Of a stretch of DNA of 64,000 nt, positions 1 through 14,233 are shown one piece after another (the stretch's first letter is position 1; every line of letters begins with the position of its first letter). Origin of the DNA: Octopus vulgaris (taxonomy: Eukaryota); assembly GCA_951406725.2 (NCBI GenBank), contig OX597826.1:8060001-8124000 (forward strand). Direction: 5' to 3'. A program made the translations under genes and the position numbers. Under the pieces are notes generated by a model that was not told the origin of the DNA, did not search any database, and saw nothing but the letters and a program-made list of their open reading frames with translations.

Positions 1-562
1 TCCCCACAACGTTGATGTCTTTGAATGTGCCTGCTTATATCCTTCGTTGTAGGAGAATAGAATAAATGGAATACTAGAATAATAGAATAATAGAATAATA
101 GAATAATAGAATAACCTAGTAAACAAAATATAAGAAAATACTCTTACTGTAAAACACACTAGAATAGAACATGTCAACATATGTACGATATATGTGTGTA
201 TGTGAGAGAGAGAGAGAGAGAGAGAGAATGTGTGTATGTGTGTGTGTGTGAGTGTGTGTATGCACATGTATGTATGTATGCACATATATATATATATATA
301 TGTACATACATACACACACTTATACCTACATATATACATATATGAATATGTATATTTATGTAATATAAATGTATATATATGTGTATATAAATGTATTTAT
401 ATATGTGTAAGCGTATTTGCGTGTGTGCTTGTATTACATGTATACGTATATATGCACATATATTCATACATACTAACTCACACACACACACATATATATA
501 TAGGTATATATACATATAGATAGATATACATATACATATTCTATTATTCTATTATATACAAA

Positions 563-607
<45 letters not shown>

Positions 608-912
608 TCTTACTTGTTTCAGTCATTTGAATGCGGCCATGCTGGAGCACCGCCTTTAGTCGGGCAAATCGACCCCGGGACTTATTCTTTGTAAGCCCAG
701 TACTTATTCTACCGGTCTCTTTTGCTGAACCGCTATAAAACAAATATTCATTTGTTGATACGATATCGACGGAAAGAGGGAGAGAGCAGTGAGAGAGTCA
801 GAAACATACATACATATATATGTGCAGACAGGCAGACAAACTGACAGAAAGACCAACCGATTGACACACAGACATATAGATAGATAAACACATAGACAAA
901 TAGATAGTTAGG

Positions 913-1058
<146 letters not shown>

Positions 1059-1510
1059 TAAGATTAAGGATTAAGGGTTATGGAGAAGGTACGTAGAGTG
1101 ATCGAATAATAACAGACGAACAACAGCAATGACAACAGCAGCGCCGTTCGGCCACCACCAACAGCAGCAATAATAACTATTGCATCAAACATTTCGAACC
1201 AAAACAGACGCCATTAATATCCATTGTACAACGGCCGCCATTATAATCAGCAAACAATCGACACACGGCACAAAGCTCGATTCTTTAACTCTTTGAGAAG
1301 ATAGCATCGCGGATGAGAGTCACCAACACCGTCACTATCATCAATAGTTTTCCTATTAAATATCATCATTATCGTTATCGGCGTCGTCATACTTGTCATC
1401 CACCAGATTCTCATCAGCAGCAGTAATATTATTAAAATCATTAAATCGTCATCATCATCATCACCACATTTACCCTCCTCTTCGTTATCATCCTACTTGT
1501 CATCATCGTC

Positions 1511-1560
<50 letters not shown>

Positions 1561-1947
1561 TACTACTACTACTACTACTACTACTAGTAGTAGTAGTAGT
1601 ATCTTCAGTTCCACTGCATGGCACCTTCGGGATGTGTCTTCTACTATAGCCTCAGTAGATGGAAACTGAAAGAAGCCCGTCATATATGTATGTGTGTGTG
1701 TTCGTGTGCATGTGCGTGTGTGTGTGTGTGTGTGTTTGTGTGTCTGTGTTTGTCCCCCACCCTCCATCGTTTGACAACTGATGTCGGTGTGTTTAGGTCC
1801 TTGTAACTTAACGGTTCGGCAAAAGAGACCAATAGAATAAGCACTAGGCTTACAGAGAAAAAGTCCTGGGGCCGATTTGCTTGATTAAAGGCGGTGCTGC
1901 AGCATGGCCGCAGTCAAATGACTGAAACAAACAAAAGAACAAAAGAA

Positions 1948-2295
1948 TTATTATTATACGTTTGACTTTTACTTAGTATTTGTACAAGTTGGTTCCAAGT
2001 CTCATCCAGAGACCTCAAGAGACAAGAAGTTAGCAGTTAATGTTGGTATTATGCTTAAGGTGTCATATTGGTTTTGCACATAGTATTGTACTAGAGAATG
2101 TTTAAGAAATCATAAGAAAATTATAAGTTTGTTTTAAACTTTGAGATTACATAGACAGTATTTTACATAGGATATGTGCATTTCCCATGAGCACTATCTC
2201 TTGAATTTCTGCCATTTTGGTGTTTCCTGGTATCTGAGCTAGGTAGCAATCAGCCCCTTTTGCTATCATTCCTAAGGCACCTATTATTATTATTA
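1948..2295 (-). mobile_element. 3' end of an R4/Dong-type (RLE) non-LTR retrotransposon
   Basis: Minus-strand peptide IIGALGMIAKG...MAEIQEIVLMGNAHILCKILSM* resembles the post-endonuclease C-terminus of R4/Dong ORFs; followed by a 3' UTR, with (TAA)n on both sides. Confidence 0.7.
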
Positions 2296-2319
2296 TCGTC
2301 GTCGTTGTTGTCATAAGAA

Positions 2320-2564
2320 AAGGTGGCATGCTGGCAGAAACGTTAGCACGTCGGACGAAATGCTTAGCGGGATTTCGTCTGCTGCTACATCCTGAGTTCA
2401 AATTCCGCCGAGGTCGACTTTGCCTTTCATCCTTTCGGGGTCGATAAATTAAGTTCCAATGAAACACTGGGGTCGATGTAATTGATTATCCCCCTCCCTC
2501 AGATTTTCAGGCCCTGTGCCGATAGTAGAATGGGTCATTATAACCATCATCATCATCATTATCA

Positions 2565-2622
<58 letters not shown>

Positions 2623-3044
2623 AGGCGGTGAACTGACAGAATCGTTCAGCACCGAGCGAAATGCTTAATGTCTGTCTTTACATTCTGAGTTCAAATGCCG
2701 CCGGGGTCGACATTCCCTTTCATTCTTTCGAGGTTGATAAATTAAGTACCAGTTACGCACTGAGATGGCTGTAATCGACTGGTTACTTCTCCCAAAAATT
2801 TCAGCACTTGTATCTGTAATACAAAGGATTATTATTATTATTACTATTATTATTATTATTATTATTATTGGTTATAAGACGGTGAGCTAGCAGAATTGTT
2901 AGCGCGCTGGATAAAATGCTTAGTTGCATTTCGCTTGCAGTTACGTTCTGAGTTCAAATTCTGCCGAGGTCGACTTTGCCTTTCATCCTTTCGGGGTCGA
3001 TTAAATAAGTACCAGTTACACACTGGGGTCGATATAATCGACTT
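2320..3044 (+). mobile_element. Three family-A SINE copies (2320-2530, 2623-2830, 2877-3044) separated by (ATT)n
   Basis: Each matches 38030-38266. Confidence 0.85.
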
Positions 3045-3935
3045 GGAAAAAAGTGGGCTGCTACCTACTGAACAAAAAGGGTACCAACAGAGGGGCTGGG
3101 AACCGAAGGATCAGCACTTATTTGATAATCTAATTATCAGGAACTACAAGAGAAGGCACACAAACCTGAGCATGGCATTGGTCGAGCATCGTAAAACATA
3201 CGATATGATACTACACTCCTGGATAATAAGAACAATGGAAATATATGGAGTAGCAGAGAACGGAATTGACAGCAGGAAAACAAATACTAGGAGAGGTGAA
3301 AATCAAGAGAGGAATCTTCCAGGGGGACAGTGTGTCCCCACTGATATTCGCGCTGGGAATGATCTCCTTGAGTGAAATACTACAGAAAGCAAAGTTTGGG
3401 TATGATCTGGAAAAAACTAAACCACTTGCTATTCATGGACGACTTGAAGCTATTCACAAAAACTGAAGCAGAACTGGAAAGCCTAGTCCAGTCTGTGCAA
3501 ATTTTCTCCAATGATATTAAGGTGGAGTTTGGACTCTCAAGATGTGCTATGACGGTTATGAGACGAAGAAAACTTGTCAGGACGGAAGACATACGGATAT
3601 CGAGTGGAGAAATGATGAAGGCAATTCAACCTCAATCCAGGTATAAACACCTGGGATACTTGAGGCAGATGGAATCAAACACAACGACATGAAAGAAAAG
3701 ACAAAAAGAGAGTACCTGCAGTGAGTGGGAAAAATACTGGATTCAAAGCTGAATGCCAGAAACATAATTCCGTCAATAAACTTGCGCGCAGTCGCAGTAG
3801 TTAGGTATGGCGTCGGAATCCTGAAGTGGACAGAGGAAGAGCTAAAGGAGATGGACAGGAAGTCATGTAAGCTCCTAGCGATGCATGGGCCCATCATCCA
3901 CGAATAGACACTGATCGCCTATATTTGAGGGAGGG
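3045..3935 (+). pseudogene. Frameshifted R4/Dong-clade reverse transcriptase fragment
   Basis: Motifs LLPTEQKG, NLSMA...KTYDMILHSWI, IKRGIFQGDSVSPL, HLLFMDDLKLF, VEFGLSRCA, YKHLG and AVAVVRYGVGILKW spread over several frames. Confidence 0.9.
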
Positions 3936-3936
3936 G

Positions 3937-4260
3937 GCTAATAAATTACATCGACCCCAGTGTTTCACTGGAACTTAATTTATCGACCCCGAAAGGATGA
4001 AAGCCAAAGTCGACCTCGGTGGAATTTGAACTCAGAACGTAGCGGCAAACGAAATACCTATTTCTTTACTACCCACAAGGGACTAAACACAGAGAGGACA
4101 AACAAGGGCAGACAAATGGATGAAGTCGATTATATCGACTCCAGTGCGTAACTGGTACTTATTTAATCGACCCCGAAAGGATGAAAGGCAAAGTCGACCT
4201 AGGTGGAATTTGAACTCAGAACGTAGCGGTAGACGAAATACGGCTACGCATTTCGCCCGA
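3937..4260 (-). mobile_element. Family-A SINE, internally dimeric
   Basis: Core CGACCCCGAAAGGATGAAAG..AAAGTCGACC occurs twice. Confidence 0.85.
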
Positions 4261-5007
4261 CTTCTACTAAAGATTATTAAAACAACAAACTTAATTGTAT
4301 ATATTAACGTTTGTAATAAAATCAAGTGCAGCATCATTATATATTAAAATCAGGTACAATACTTAATGTTTGTGTTTGACAATTGATACTTATTATGGTT
4401 ATTTATTAATTTTTTACCCCTTCACAAAGAACGCAATTTAACTTTAGTATACAGTTTACTAATTGTATTCTATGCAACAACTTTGGATAGATTTCCACAC
4501 TCTTTCTGTTAAGTTATAACATCATTCAGTATTCATTCACTTAAAACATTTTCTGTAGCAAATCAAAGATCTGTCGGTTATAGCTTGTGGGGCCGAGTAA
4601 CACCAAAAAATATCCGGTGTTGTCTCTGGAACTAAATCGATCTCAGTATCCGAGGTGGTCGGGCCAGCCCGGGCCGTGGGTACAGCTACTTTCTTCACTC
4701 TTCTTTCACCAATAAAAGTTATTCAAACATCAAACTCGTTCTCCACTGCATTCCATATCGAATTAATTCAGCATCCGAAGTTGTCTCTTCTCTCAATCTC
4801 AGACAGATTGATCACCACATGGCTATTTTTCTCCTGGTCATTAAGATCGCATTAATAATAAATTAAAATTACACGTCACACTACATAAAGTATATCAGTG
4901 CCTTCTTTATTACATCATCTAAGGTATTTTATATCTTGATACAATTGACGTATCTATCTTTCAATCCCTGGATCGAATTACGACAAAATTGAGACCATCT
5001 ATCTACG

Positions 5008-5146
<139 letters not shown>

Positions 5147-5795
5147 ATATCTATCTATCTATCTAGCAATCTGTCTGTCTATCTCTTTATTTGACTCTGT
5201 GTCTATCTAGGCTTGCATAATAACTATCGTGACAGTTGGCCAAAACATGATCAGTACTATTGTGCAGAAGAGAAATGATATTGTTCATAGCATAAAGGTC
5301 ATGTTTAAACTGACTTTCCTCACCAACAACAAACATAACAGCTATTGAAAATTATTCTATAATTGTTGCTATTACAATTGCTGTTGTTATCCTTGTTGTT
5401 GGTGTTGTCACCATCGTCATTGCCGCTATTGTTTAGCCAACCCTAGGTTACCTGTATAAACTAGACCTATGATCAAAAAATACACCAGCCGTGACAACCA
5501 CACATCTTTCGATATACGCTATATATATATATATATCTACGTTATATGTATTTCGAACATGTCGAGCGACAATGAAGAGACTCCCATGTTGTTTATTGTT
5601 GTTATAGTTTTTGTTGTTATTCTTATTCTCGTACATGCGTCTTTTTTTTTCTTTTGTTGTAGCAGCTCCGGTTGAGTGTAGTAAAGTATCTGCAATGTCC
5701 GTAAAAGTCACGACTGAGAGCCTCGTTGCTCTTGGTTTCCTCACTCAACTGTAGAAAGCATGTTAACCACAAAATATATTAGCTACAGGACACTG

Positions 5796-5859
<64 letters not shown>

Positions 5860-6273
5860 CAAAATAATAAATAAAACATAAGCATATATACATACATATA
5901 TGTACGTACCTACATCTATATGTATATATACATGTATATATGGGTACAGGACACCAAAAAGACGTCGAACACAATGAGAAACGAAAACGTAAAAACAAAA
6001 CCAAGGAAACGGGCATTTTTTTAAATATAGAAAAAACAGAGTACAAGACACACAACACAAGGAAAATTCCCCTTCTTCAGCCGCCTTTGTTTCGTCTAGT
6101 CTGTGTTTTGAAGGTAAAGGCGAGACACAACTTCGTGAAACAGTCCTTCCCGCAAAGCAAATTAAATAAAATTTGCGGGGTTTTTTGCGGAGGGGTAAAA
6201 GTGGTAACAAAAACAGGACAGTAAAGATAATACAAATAAAAACAGTAAAAGACAGGACCAGGAGAATAACAGT

Positions 6274-6324
<51 letters not shown>

Positions 6325-6550
6325 TTTTACTCTTTCACATGTTTCAGTCATTTGACTGCGGCCGTGCTAGTGCACCGCCTGAAACAGTTTATTCTTTGAA
6401 AACCTAGTACTTATTCCATCAGGCTCTTCTGCCAAACCGCTAAGTTACGGGGACCTAAACACACTAACATCGGCCGTCAAGCCATATGGCTGGGGGTGGC
6501 AAACGCATACACAAAAACATACATAAATATATATATATGTACACACACAC

Positions 6551-6591
<41 letters not shown>

Positions 6592-6650
6592 TATATATAT
6601 ACATATATATACACACATACACAAATATATATATATATATATATATATAT

Positions 6651-7315
6651 GAGAATTTTTTCACTCTCTGTTTGTATCACATCGAAACTATGACATAATT
6701 TTTCCTCTCACACCGTCTCCGATGAAGGGATATTATTAATTAATATCCTAGAAACAGCTGTTAGACCTTCTATCTATAAATGCTCTAATATCTATACAGC
6801 CTTGGTTTTTTATCTTACACAAAAAATTCTTATATACACACGCTGACATAGAACCAATGTTGAATCCTTTATTCGCAATATTACCGAATCTGGAACTCAA
6901 CCATGGTCTGTCTATAGCACTTATTCAGCATTACCTGACACCTTTGGGTCTCAATTACACCATTATCTCTTATGTAGCCACTACATACATATTTTTCTCT
7001 CCTTGTGTTTTTTTTCTGTGTCCCTTTCTATAGAAGAGCGTAGGCTCGAAACGTAAAAGACTTTTTCAATTCCTGAGCGTTTTGCGAAAACATCTGTTTG
7101 TTTTCTACACCACCTGTCTTCATCTTTTTTTTTTTTTTTCGTGATCTCTGTCCGAAGTCAGGACGCCATGATAGATCGTTAGCTCCTACACGCATTTTTT
7201 TCTCTCCTTGTTTTTTCCTGTGTATCTTTCTGTCCTGAGCGCTATACTAATACATTTGTTTGTTTGTACTCCACCTGCCTTCCTCTTTTGTTTATTTTCG
7301 TAAAAATTTCCCTTT
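6651..7315 (+). mobile_element. Penelope-like pLTR remnants inserted in (TA)n
   Basis: Flanked by (TA)n; contains the 6715 hammerhead, a second degenerate one (GAAGAGC-GTAG-GCTCGAAACGTA, ~7033-7056) and an internally duplicated T-rich segment. Confidence 0.55.
6715..6766 (+). ncRNA. Variant or decayed minimal hammerhead (PLE pLTR type)
   Basis: GTCT-CCGATGA-[GGGATATTA/TAATATCCT helix II]-GAAA-CAGCTG-TT-AGAC; palindromic helix III ACAGCTGT; core has a U4C change. Confidence 0.6.
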
Positions 7316-7319
7316 ATAT

Positions 7320-7355
<36 letters not shown>

Positions 7356-7420
7356 TACATATATATATAGATGTATGGATGGATGGATGGATGGATAGAT
7401 AGATAGATAGATAGATAAAT

Positions 7421-7478
<58 letters not shown>

Positions 7479-7855
7479 ATACACATATAATAGAAAAGTG
7501 CTATCTAATTAAGGCAAACCAGTATTATTGATGTCGAAGCTACGGGGCTGAGATTCACTCAGAAAATTTCAGCAAACTAAAAGGGGGAATTGATGGACAT
7601 GTGATGTTAGGTGGATGTGATGTTAGGTGGATGACGGTCATCTCCATCCAGAGCACTTTTCGAAAAGTTGACGAAGAAGAACAGAACAATTTCTTAGCAC
7701 CATTATTGTTATTCGTAGTAGTTTCAGATAACATGAATGAATCGATGCTCTTAAGCGTCCATAATTCGTAAGGGGGAAAGAATACACAGAGAGAATTTAC
7801 TACAGACTGTAAAAAGAGAATAAGAGAATGGTGCTGTGCTCTGGTAGTTATGATA

Positions 7856-7893
<38 letters not shown>

Positions 7894-8968
7894 GATTGTA
7901 TTTTTCCATTTCAACATACCTCACAGAAGTAAATGAGGAACCCGACAGTTGACCTCTCGGTGTCAACTTTCTAATTGGTCGTTTATTTCAGCCACTTTCG
8001 TTTGATCTTTTGATTTGTCGTTCTGTATATTTTATATTCTCTAACACTTCTCTCTATCTCACTTAATAGATGTTTCGTGATAATTGAACTAAAAGTGCTG
8101 GTGATGTTGGCGACGCCGCCGATGGATAATGGTGGTGATGCTGATGCTAATGCTGATGCTGATGGTGGTGATGGCGGCACAAGTGATGGCGGCGGAGGCG
8201 GCGGAGGTGTTGATGTCGGTATTGTTTGCTAGTATTTGTGATACTGGAAGAGGTGGCTGCGGTGACGTTTGTATTATAACTGGTAAGGGGGGGATCGGTC
8301 GCAGTGGGGGGAGGGCCGTTCAATTAATGGTGGTGGTGGTGATGGAAGCAAGCGATGGAGGTGGGAGAAGCGGGGGTGGTGGGGCGGTGTTGGTGTCGGT
8401 CTCGTCTGTAGTTGTGGTAGTGGTAGGTGGGTGGTGGTGTTATTGGTGGTGATGATCCCGATACTGTTAAGCGGGGGTGGTGACGGCGCTAGTGATTGTA
8501 GTCTCTGTACTTTTAACGATAGCGTTGATGAGAAATATCGTTGTATTATCGTTGTTGCTGTTGTTTAGCCCTAGGCCCAGTAGACCTATGATCACGGTCA
8601 TTCCATTACCAGACTATATTTTATCACTTTACTTGTTTCAGTCATTGGACTGCGGCCATCCTGGAGTACTGTCTTGAAGATAAATGTGTGTGTGTGCGTG
8701 CGGACATGTGTGTGCGTGCGAGCATGTGTGTGTGTATTCTTTGTGTTTTTTTTATTTTAGGCGAATGAATCGACACCAGTGTTTTTTGTTTTTTTTTCAG
8801 TCACGTACTCATTCCATCGGTCGGTTTTGCCGAACTGCCAAGTTACGGGGGACATGCACACACCAAGACAGATTGCCACGCGGTAGTGGGAGACAAACAC
8901 ATACACAAAGAATACACACACACACACACACACACATGCTCGCACGCACACACACACACACATTTGAA

Positions 8969-9020
<52 letters not shown>

Positions 9021-9023
<3 letters not shown>

Positions 9024-9162
9024 TTATAAATAAGGATAATATCGATATTTAAATATCTATCTTATCAAGTGACCAGCATGGGAATAAATACCATACAAAG
9101 ATAATAATTATATAAACTATAAATAAGGGTATCTGAGAGATACCCTTATTTATAGTTTTATA

Positions 9163-9166
<4 letters not shown>
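9021..9166. repeat. Short insert in (TA)n ending in a perfect 21-bp-arm hairpin (9114-9158); likely PLE end-inversion scar
   Basis: AAACTATAAATAAGGGTATCT-GAG-AGATACCCTTATTTATAGTTT; lies between the two halves of a SINE (8625-8900 and 9213-9364), inside its microsatellite. Confidence 0.55.
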
Positions 9167-9216
<50 letters not shown>

Positions 9217-9542
9217 ACAGGATTCTTTCAGTTTCTGTCTACCTAATCCGCTTACAAGGCTTTGATCTTTGATGATCGGCCCGAAGACACTTACCCAAGG
9301 TGTCACACAGTGGTACTGAACCCGGAACCATGTGGTTAGGAAGGTAACTTCTTGCCATACAGCCTTTTTTAAAGACCCTCTTCGAACTACATTACCTTAT
9401 GTGTTCCCCTTTCTTTTTACCAATTTTTAAGATGCTTGAGAAATTATTTGAGGGAGCATTTCGTTGTTATTTCTAACGTGTACAAGCGATCACGTAAAGG
9501 TTCTCATGTGATGTTCAAAGATTTCCTTCTGTTGTATGGTTT

Positions 9543-9914
9543 ACTAGCAGTGTGGCCCGGCGTTGCTCGGGTTTGTAAGGGAAATAACTATAAAGCATTT
9601 TTAGAGAGTTATAGCCAAAAAATGGAAAAAAAATGATGGTAAAATTTTTTTTAGTTAAAAAGGTTGAGTTGCGTCCCCTAGACAGTCTGTGGTTTGTGTT
9701 TCTGATTCTCGACCCCATGTCGAATTTATCGATTTTTCAGAACTGGGGGAACTTTTCAAAATTTTCGCTGCGTTAGTTTTGAATTATGACATTGGGCTAT
9801 GTGTGTGTCAAGTTTCATCAGAATCGGTTGAAAGCCGTCGTCAGGGTGAGGGTACAAGCTAACAGACACACAGAAACACACACAGACAAACTGCCGTTTA
9901 TATATATAGAGAGA
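9543..9914 (-). mobile_element. Non-autonomous Helitron
   Basis: Minus strand starts TC(TC)TATATATA + (GT)-rich microsatellite and ends in the hairpin CCCGAGC-AAC-GCCGGG followed ~8 nt later by CTAG-T. Confidence 0.75.
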
Positions 9915-10083
9915 TAGAGAGATTAATGTTAGAGGTGGATTGACAGAACCGGTAGAGCGCCGAATAAAATACTTTGCACTATTTATTACGGCTCTTTTAG
10001 ATTCTGAGTCTCTCATCTCTTCGAGATCGATGAAATAATGTACCAGTGAAATACTGGTGTCGATAATATGTATGGTTAACTTT

Positions 10084-11809
10084 AAGGAGACAAGCTGGCA
10101 GAAACGTTAGAACCCTGAGGAAAATGCTTAACGGCATTTTGTCCGTCCTTACGTTCTGAGTTCAAATTCCGCCGAGGTCGACTTTCCCGTTCATCCTTTC
10201 CGGGTCGATAAAATAAGTACCAGTAGAGTACTGGTGTAAATGTAATTGACTTGCATCCTCTCCAAAATTGCTGGCCTTGTGCCAAAATTTAAAACCATAA
10301 TATTTGACGAACTCATCTCAGAAATTCTAGCTCTGTGCCAATGTTGGAATTTACTCAAGGTATTGATGTGACCGAGATGTTAATTTGAGCTGGTAAAATG
10401 ACGTGAAGTGAGGCATTTGTTTCGGCTTCATATATCCTGAATTCAAATCAAAAGGTCGATAAAATAAAGTACCAGTCAAATGCTCATACAAATATATTTA
10501 ACCGATAAATCCTGTGCTCAAATATTGCCGGGCTGGTGCTTAAATTAGAAACAATTATTAGTTTCAAATTTTGGCACAAGGCCAGCAATGTCGGGGAAGG
10601 GCTAAGTCGACTACACCGACATCTGTGCGAAACTGGTAATTATTTTATCGACCCTAAAAGGATGAAAAGCAAAGTCGACCTCGGCGGAAATCGAACTCAG
10701 AGTATAAAAGCGGACGAAATGTCACTAGGCATTACTATCCGGCGTGCTAAAGATTCTGCCAACTCACCGCCTTAATAACAATATTAATGATATTAACAAT
10801 TATAATCCTTTCTACTAAAGGCACAAGTCTTGAAATTTTGGGAGAAGGGATTAGTCAATTACATCGACCCCAGTGACTAACTGGTACTTACTATATCGAC
10901 TCCAAAAGGATGAAAGGCAAAGTCGACCTCTGTGCAACTCGAACTCAGAGCACAAAGGCGGACGAAATGCCACAAAGTACCTAACGATTCTTTTCTACTC
11001 TTGGCACAAGTCGCGAAATTTTGGGGGAGGAGTCAGTCGATTAGTTCCACCAGTACGCAACTGGTACTTAATTTATCGATCCCGAAAGGATGAAAGGCAA
11101 AGTCGACCTCGGCAGAATTTGAACGCAGAACGTAAAGACAAACGAAATACTGTTAAGCATTTCGCCTGGCGTGCTAACGTTTCTTATTTCATTATTGCCG
11201 GCAAGGGGCTAAACATAGAGGGGACAAACAAGGACAGACAAAGGGATTAAGTCGATTACATTGACCCCAGTGCGTAACTGGTACTTAATTTATCGACCCC
11301 GAAAAGATGAAAGGCAAAGTCGACCTCGACGGAATTTGAACTCAGAACGTAGCGGCAGACGAAATACCGCTAAGCATTTCGACCGGCGTGCTAATGTTTC
11401 TGCCAGCAAGCTGCATAAGAAAAAGGATGAAAGGCAAAGTCGACCTAGATGGAATTCGAACTCAGAACGTAAAGGTGGACGAAATGCAGCCAAAGTATTG
11501 TGTCAGCTCACTGCCTTAAATTAGAAGCAATTATTGATGTTGATGTTATCGGAGACGATGGCGTTGGCGGTGTTCATGGTGATATTATTGATTGACGAGT
11601 GTGTTAGGGATGAGGGAGTGATTTTGGCAATGTTAGCGTTGTTAGTTTTGGTTTTGTTGTTGTTGCTGATGCCAATGCTGGTGTTGTGGTTGATGTTGGC
11701 GTCGGTGGGATTGGTGTTAGTGTTGTTGTTTTTGAAGGGGGTGGTGTTATTAAGGGGATGGTGATATTCATATTAGTGCGGTCAGCATTTACGCTGTTGT
11801 TTATATTTA

Positions 11810-11840
<31 letters not shown>

Positions 11841-12150
11841 GGTGTTGGTGGTGGTGGGGATTGTGGATTTGATGCCGCTGGGGGTGTTAATGTTGTTATG
11901 AGTTTGAGCTTGTGACAGATTTTGTGCTGTTGTTGATAGGATTGCTGCTGTTAGTAATTTTGATTCCAAATTTTGGTACAAGACCAGCAATTCCAGAGAG
12001 GGGTTAAATCGATTACATCGACCCGAGTATTCAACTGGTACTCATTTTATAGACCGTTATACGACGAAAGGCTAAGTCGACCACGGTGGTGGAATTTGAA
12101 CTCAGAATGTGAAGAGCGTTTTTCCTGGTGTACTAACCATTCTGACAGCT
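10084..12150. mobile_element. Cluster of family-A SINEs (+10084-10298; -10563-10772; -10806-11516 multimeric; -11960-12150)
   Basis: Repeated core and tRNA-head matches; this is the source of the recurring RPRKDERQSRPR pseudo-ORFs. Confidence 0.85.
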
Positions 12151-12242
12151 TGGTGCTGTTAGTAACACTAACAATAATGTAAGCTATCCGATAATGTTGG
12201 TGGATTCGTCATCAAGATATCTCACCTGCTTATACCTGTTTA

Positions 12243-12314
12243 AAATTTTACCTGAAGATGGTGGATTCTATGGTACATCAATACAATTCTCGCGTAACAG
12301 CTGCCGTAAAATTT
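12243..12314 (+). pseudogene. Decayed type I hammerhead
   Basis: Perfect 9-bp helix I AAATTTTAC/GTAAAATTT around CTGAAGA ... GTAACAGCTGCC (canonical would be GAAACAGCTGTC; two core substitutions). Confidence 0.55.
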
Positions 12315-12737
12315 AGATTCTGTTTACGTTTGTTTTATACTTATGCCGCATCTAGAACCTGCCCTGAGTCGGATGTACAGTTTAAATTGGATTTGGTACT
12401 TTCACATCTACTATATCCTACCAACACATGACACTTTCAAGGTTGTTTAACTTCACTGTGAACTTCATGTTATTATATCTAGCAATTCCTGGCGCCTCGT
12501 GTGTTGATGTACCAAGATTCTAATACTACAACTCATATATGTGAATGTTTGTGTGTATGTGTGGGTGTGTGTGTGTATTTTGTATCTGTGTTTGCGTTTG
12601 TCCCTCACGCTCGTTTTCATGACCGGTGTTGGTTTGTTTCCGAACCACGAAACTTTGCACACACACACACATACACATTAATACATATATACATACTTAC
12701 ATAAATACATACATACATACACACACACATACATACA

Positions 12738-12771
<34 letters not shown>

Positions 12772-12873
12772 CATACATACATACATACACACACATACAT
12801 ACATACATGCATGCATACATATATAAATACATACATACATACATAAATACATACACACACATACATACACGCA

Positions 12874-12909
<36 letters not shown>

Positions 12910-12975
12910 TATACATGTAGATGTTATATATACATACATATATACATACAGATAGACAGTTAAATACGTACAAAC

Positions 12976-13010
<35 letters not shown>

Positions 13011-14171
13011 CTATACATTCATACATATATGTATATACATACACATACACACACAAACAGACAGACACACACATACATTTATACACACACATATATATAT
13101 AACGGAATCTTCTCTTTATTGAATATACATAATTGTAATTTCTTTTAACAGACGTCCGACATCTCAAGATATATGCTTCCAATGAAATATTATAACACTG
13201 TAGGTACGTAGCGTGGGTTGAAAGAGCATACAGCATGAATTAACGATTGTGTTAACGACTATATTAAATGGCGGGGGAACGGTCATCGGTGGGTGCGCAG
13301 AATAAGAAACTGTGACCTCCGTTTTAATAGAGACACGAGTAGAAATAGGGCGTGAAATATAGGAAGGAGGTGAAACAAAAGTTAAACAGCAAACAAAGAG
13401 AACTATACGGCAAATTTGAAGAGACATAATGACAGAGAAGAGGGATTAACCTAGCTATTTTTCCTTTCAAATCAACCCCCCCCACCACCACTCCGATATA
13501 TTTACTGTAACTTGAAATTCTTTACTCCATGGTGGAGGTGGAAATATTTCTTCCTTCTTTTATTATATGTTTGTTTGTATGTTCGTTAATTTTGACGTTC
13601 TTGTTTTTATAATGATAACAATTATTATTATTATTATTATTATTATTTTTTTTTTATTTTCCATATGTAGTTTGAAAGCGAAGTAGCAATCGAAACTTGG
13701 TCGACTCAGAATTAAATTGGCATTTCGCTCTTTTTATTTTGCATATGTATTATTTTTTTGTTCTTTTCTTTTTTCTTTTCTTTCAGGCTCCCTTTTCTTT
13801 CTTTCTTTTTTTCTTTTATGTTTCACTTTTCTTTTCTTTCTTTCTTTCTTCGTTTTCATTATTTAACTCTTTATTTTCGTTTATATTTGAGCCTTTTCCT
13901 CACTTCCCTGCTAAAGGTCTCTCTATTTCCTTCCTCCTTCCACTCCTACATTTATATATATCTTCATTTTTAGCTTTAGCTTAGTTTTTTTTTTTTTAAC
14001 TGGCTGTGAGTCGACAAGCTAATAACTGGAAAACTTCGACATTTATTGAGTTCTTGGATTTTAACATTCTTCTTTTACTTGATAATTTATTATTTATTCA
14101 TTTGTTTATTTTTGCAGCTATTCATTTATTAGCGACTATTATATATGTGTGTGTGTGTGTGTATATACATT

Positions 14172-14233
<62 letters not shown>

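Noticed and set aside
7555-7807. Coding exon after a strong minus-strand acceptor
   Set aside because: Peptide unrecognisable, the opposite strand is also open, and no convincing donor in phase with the 5748 candidate.
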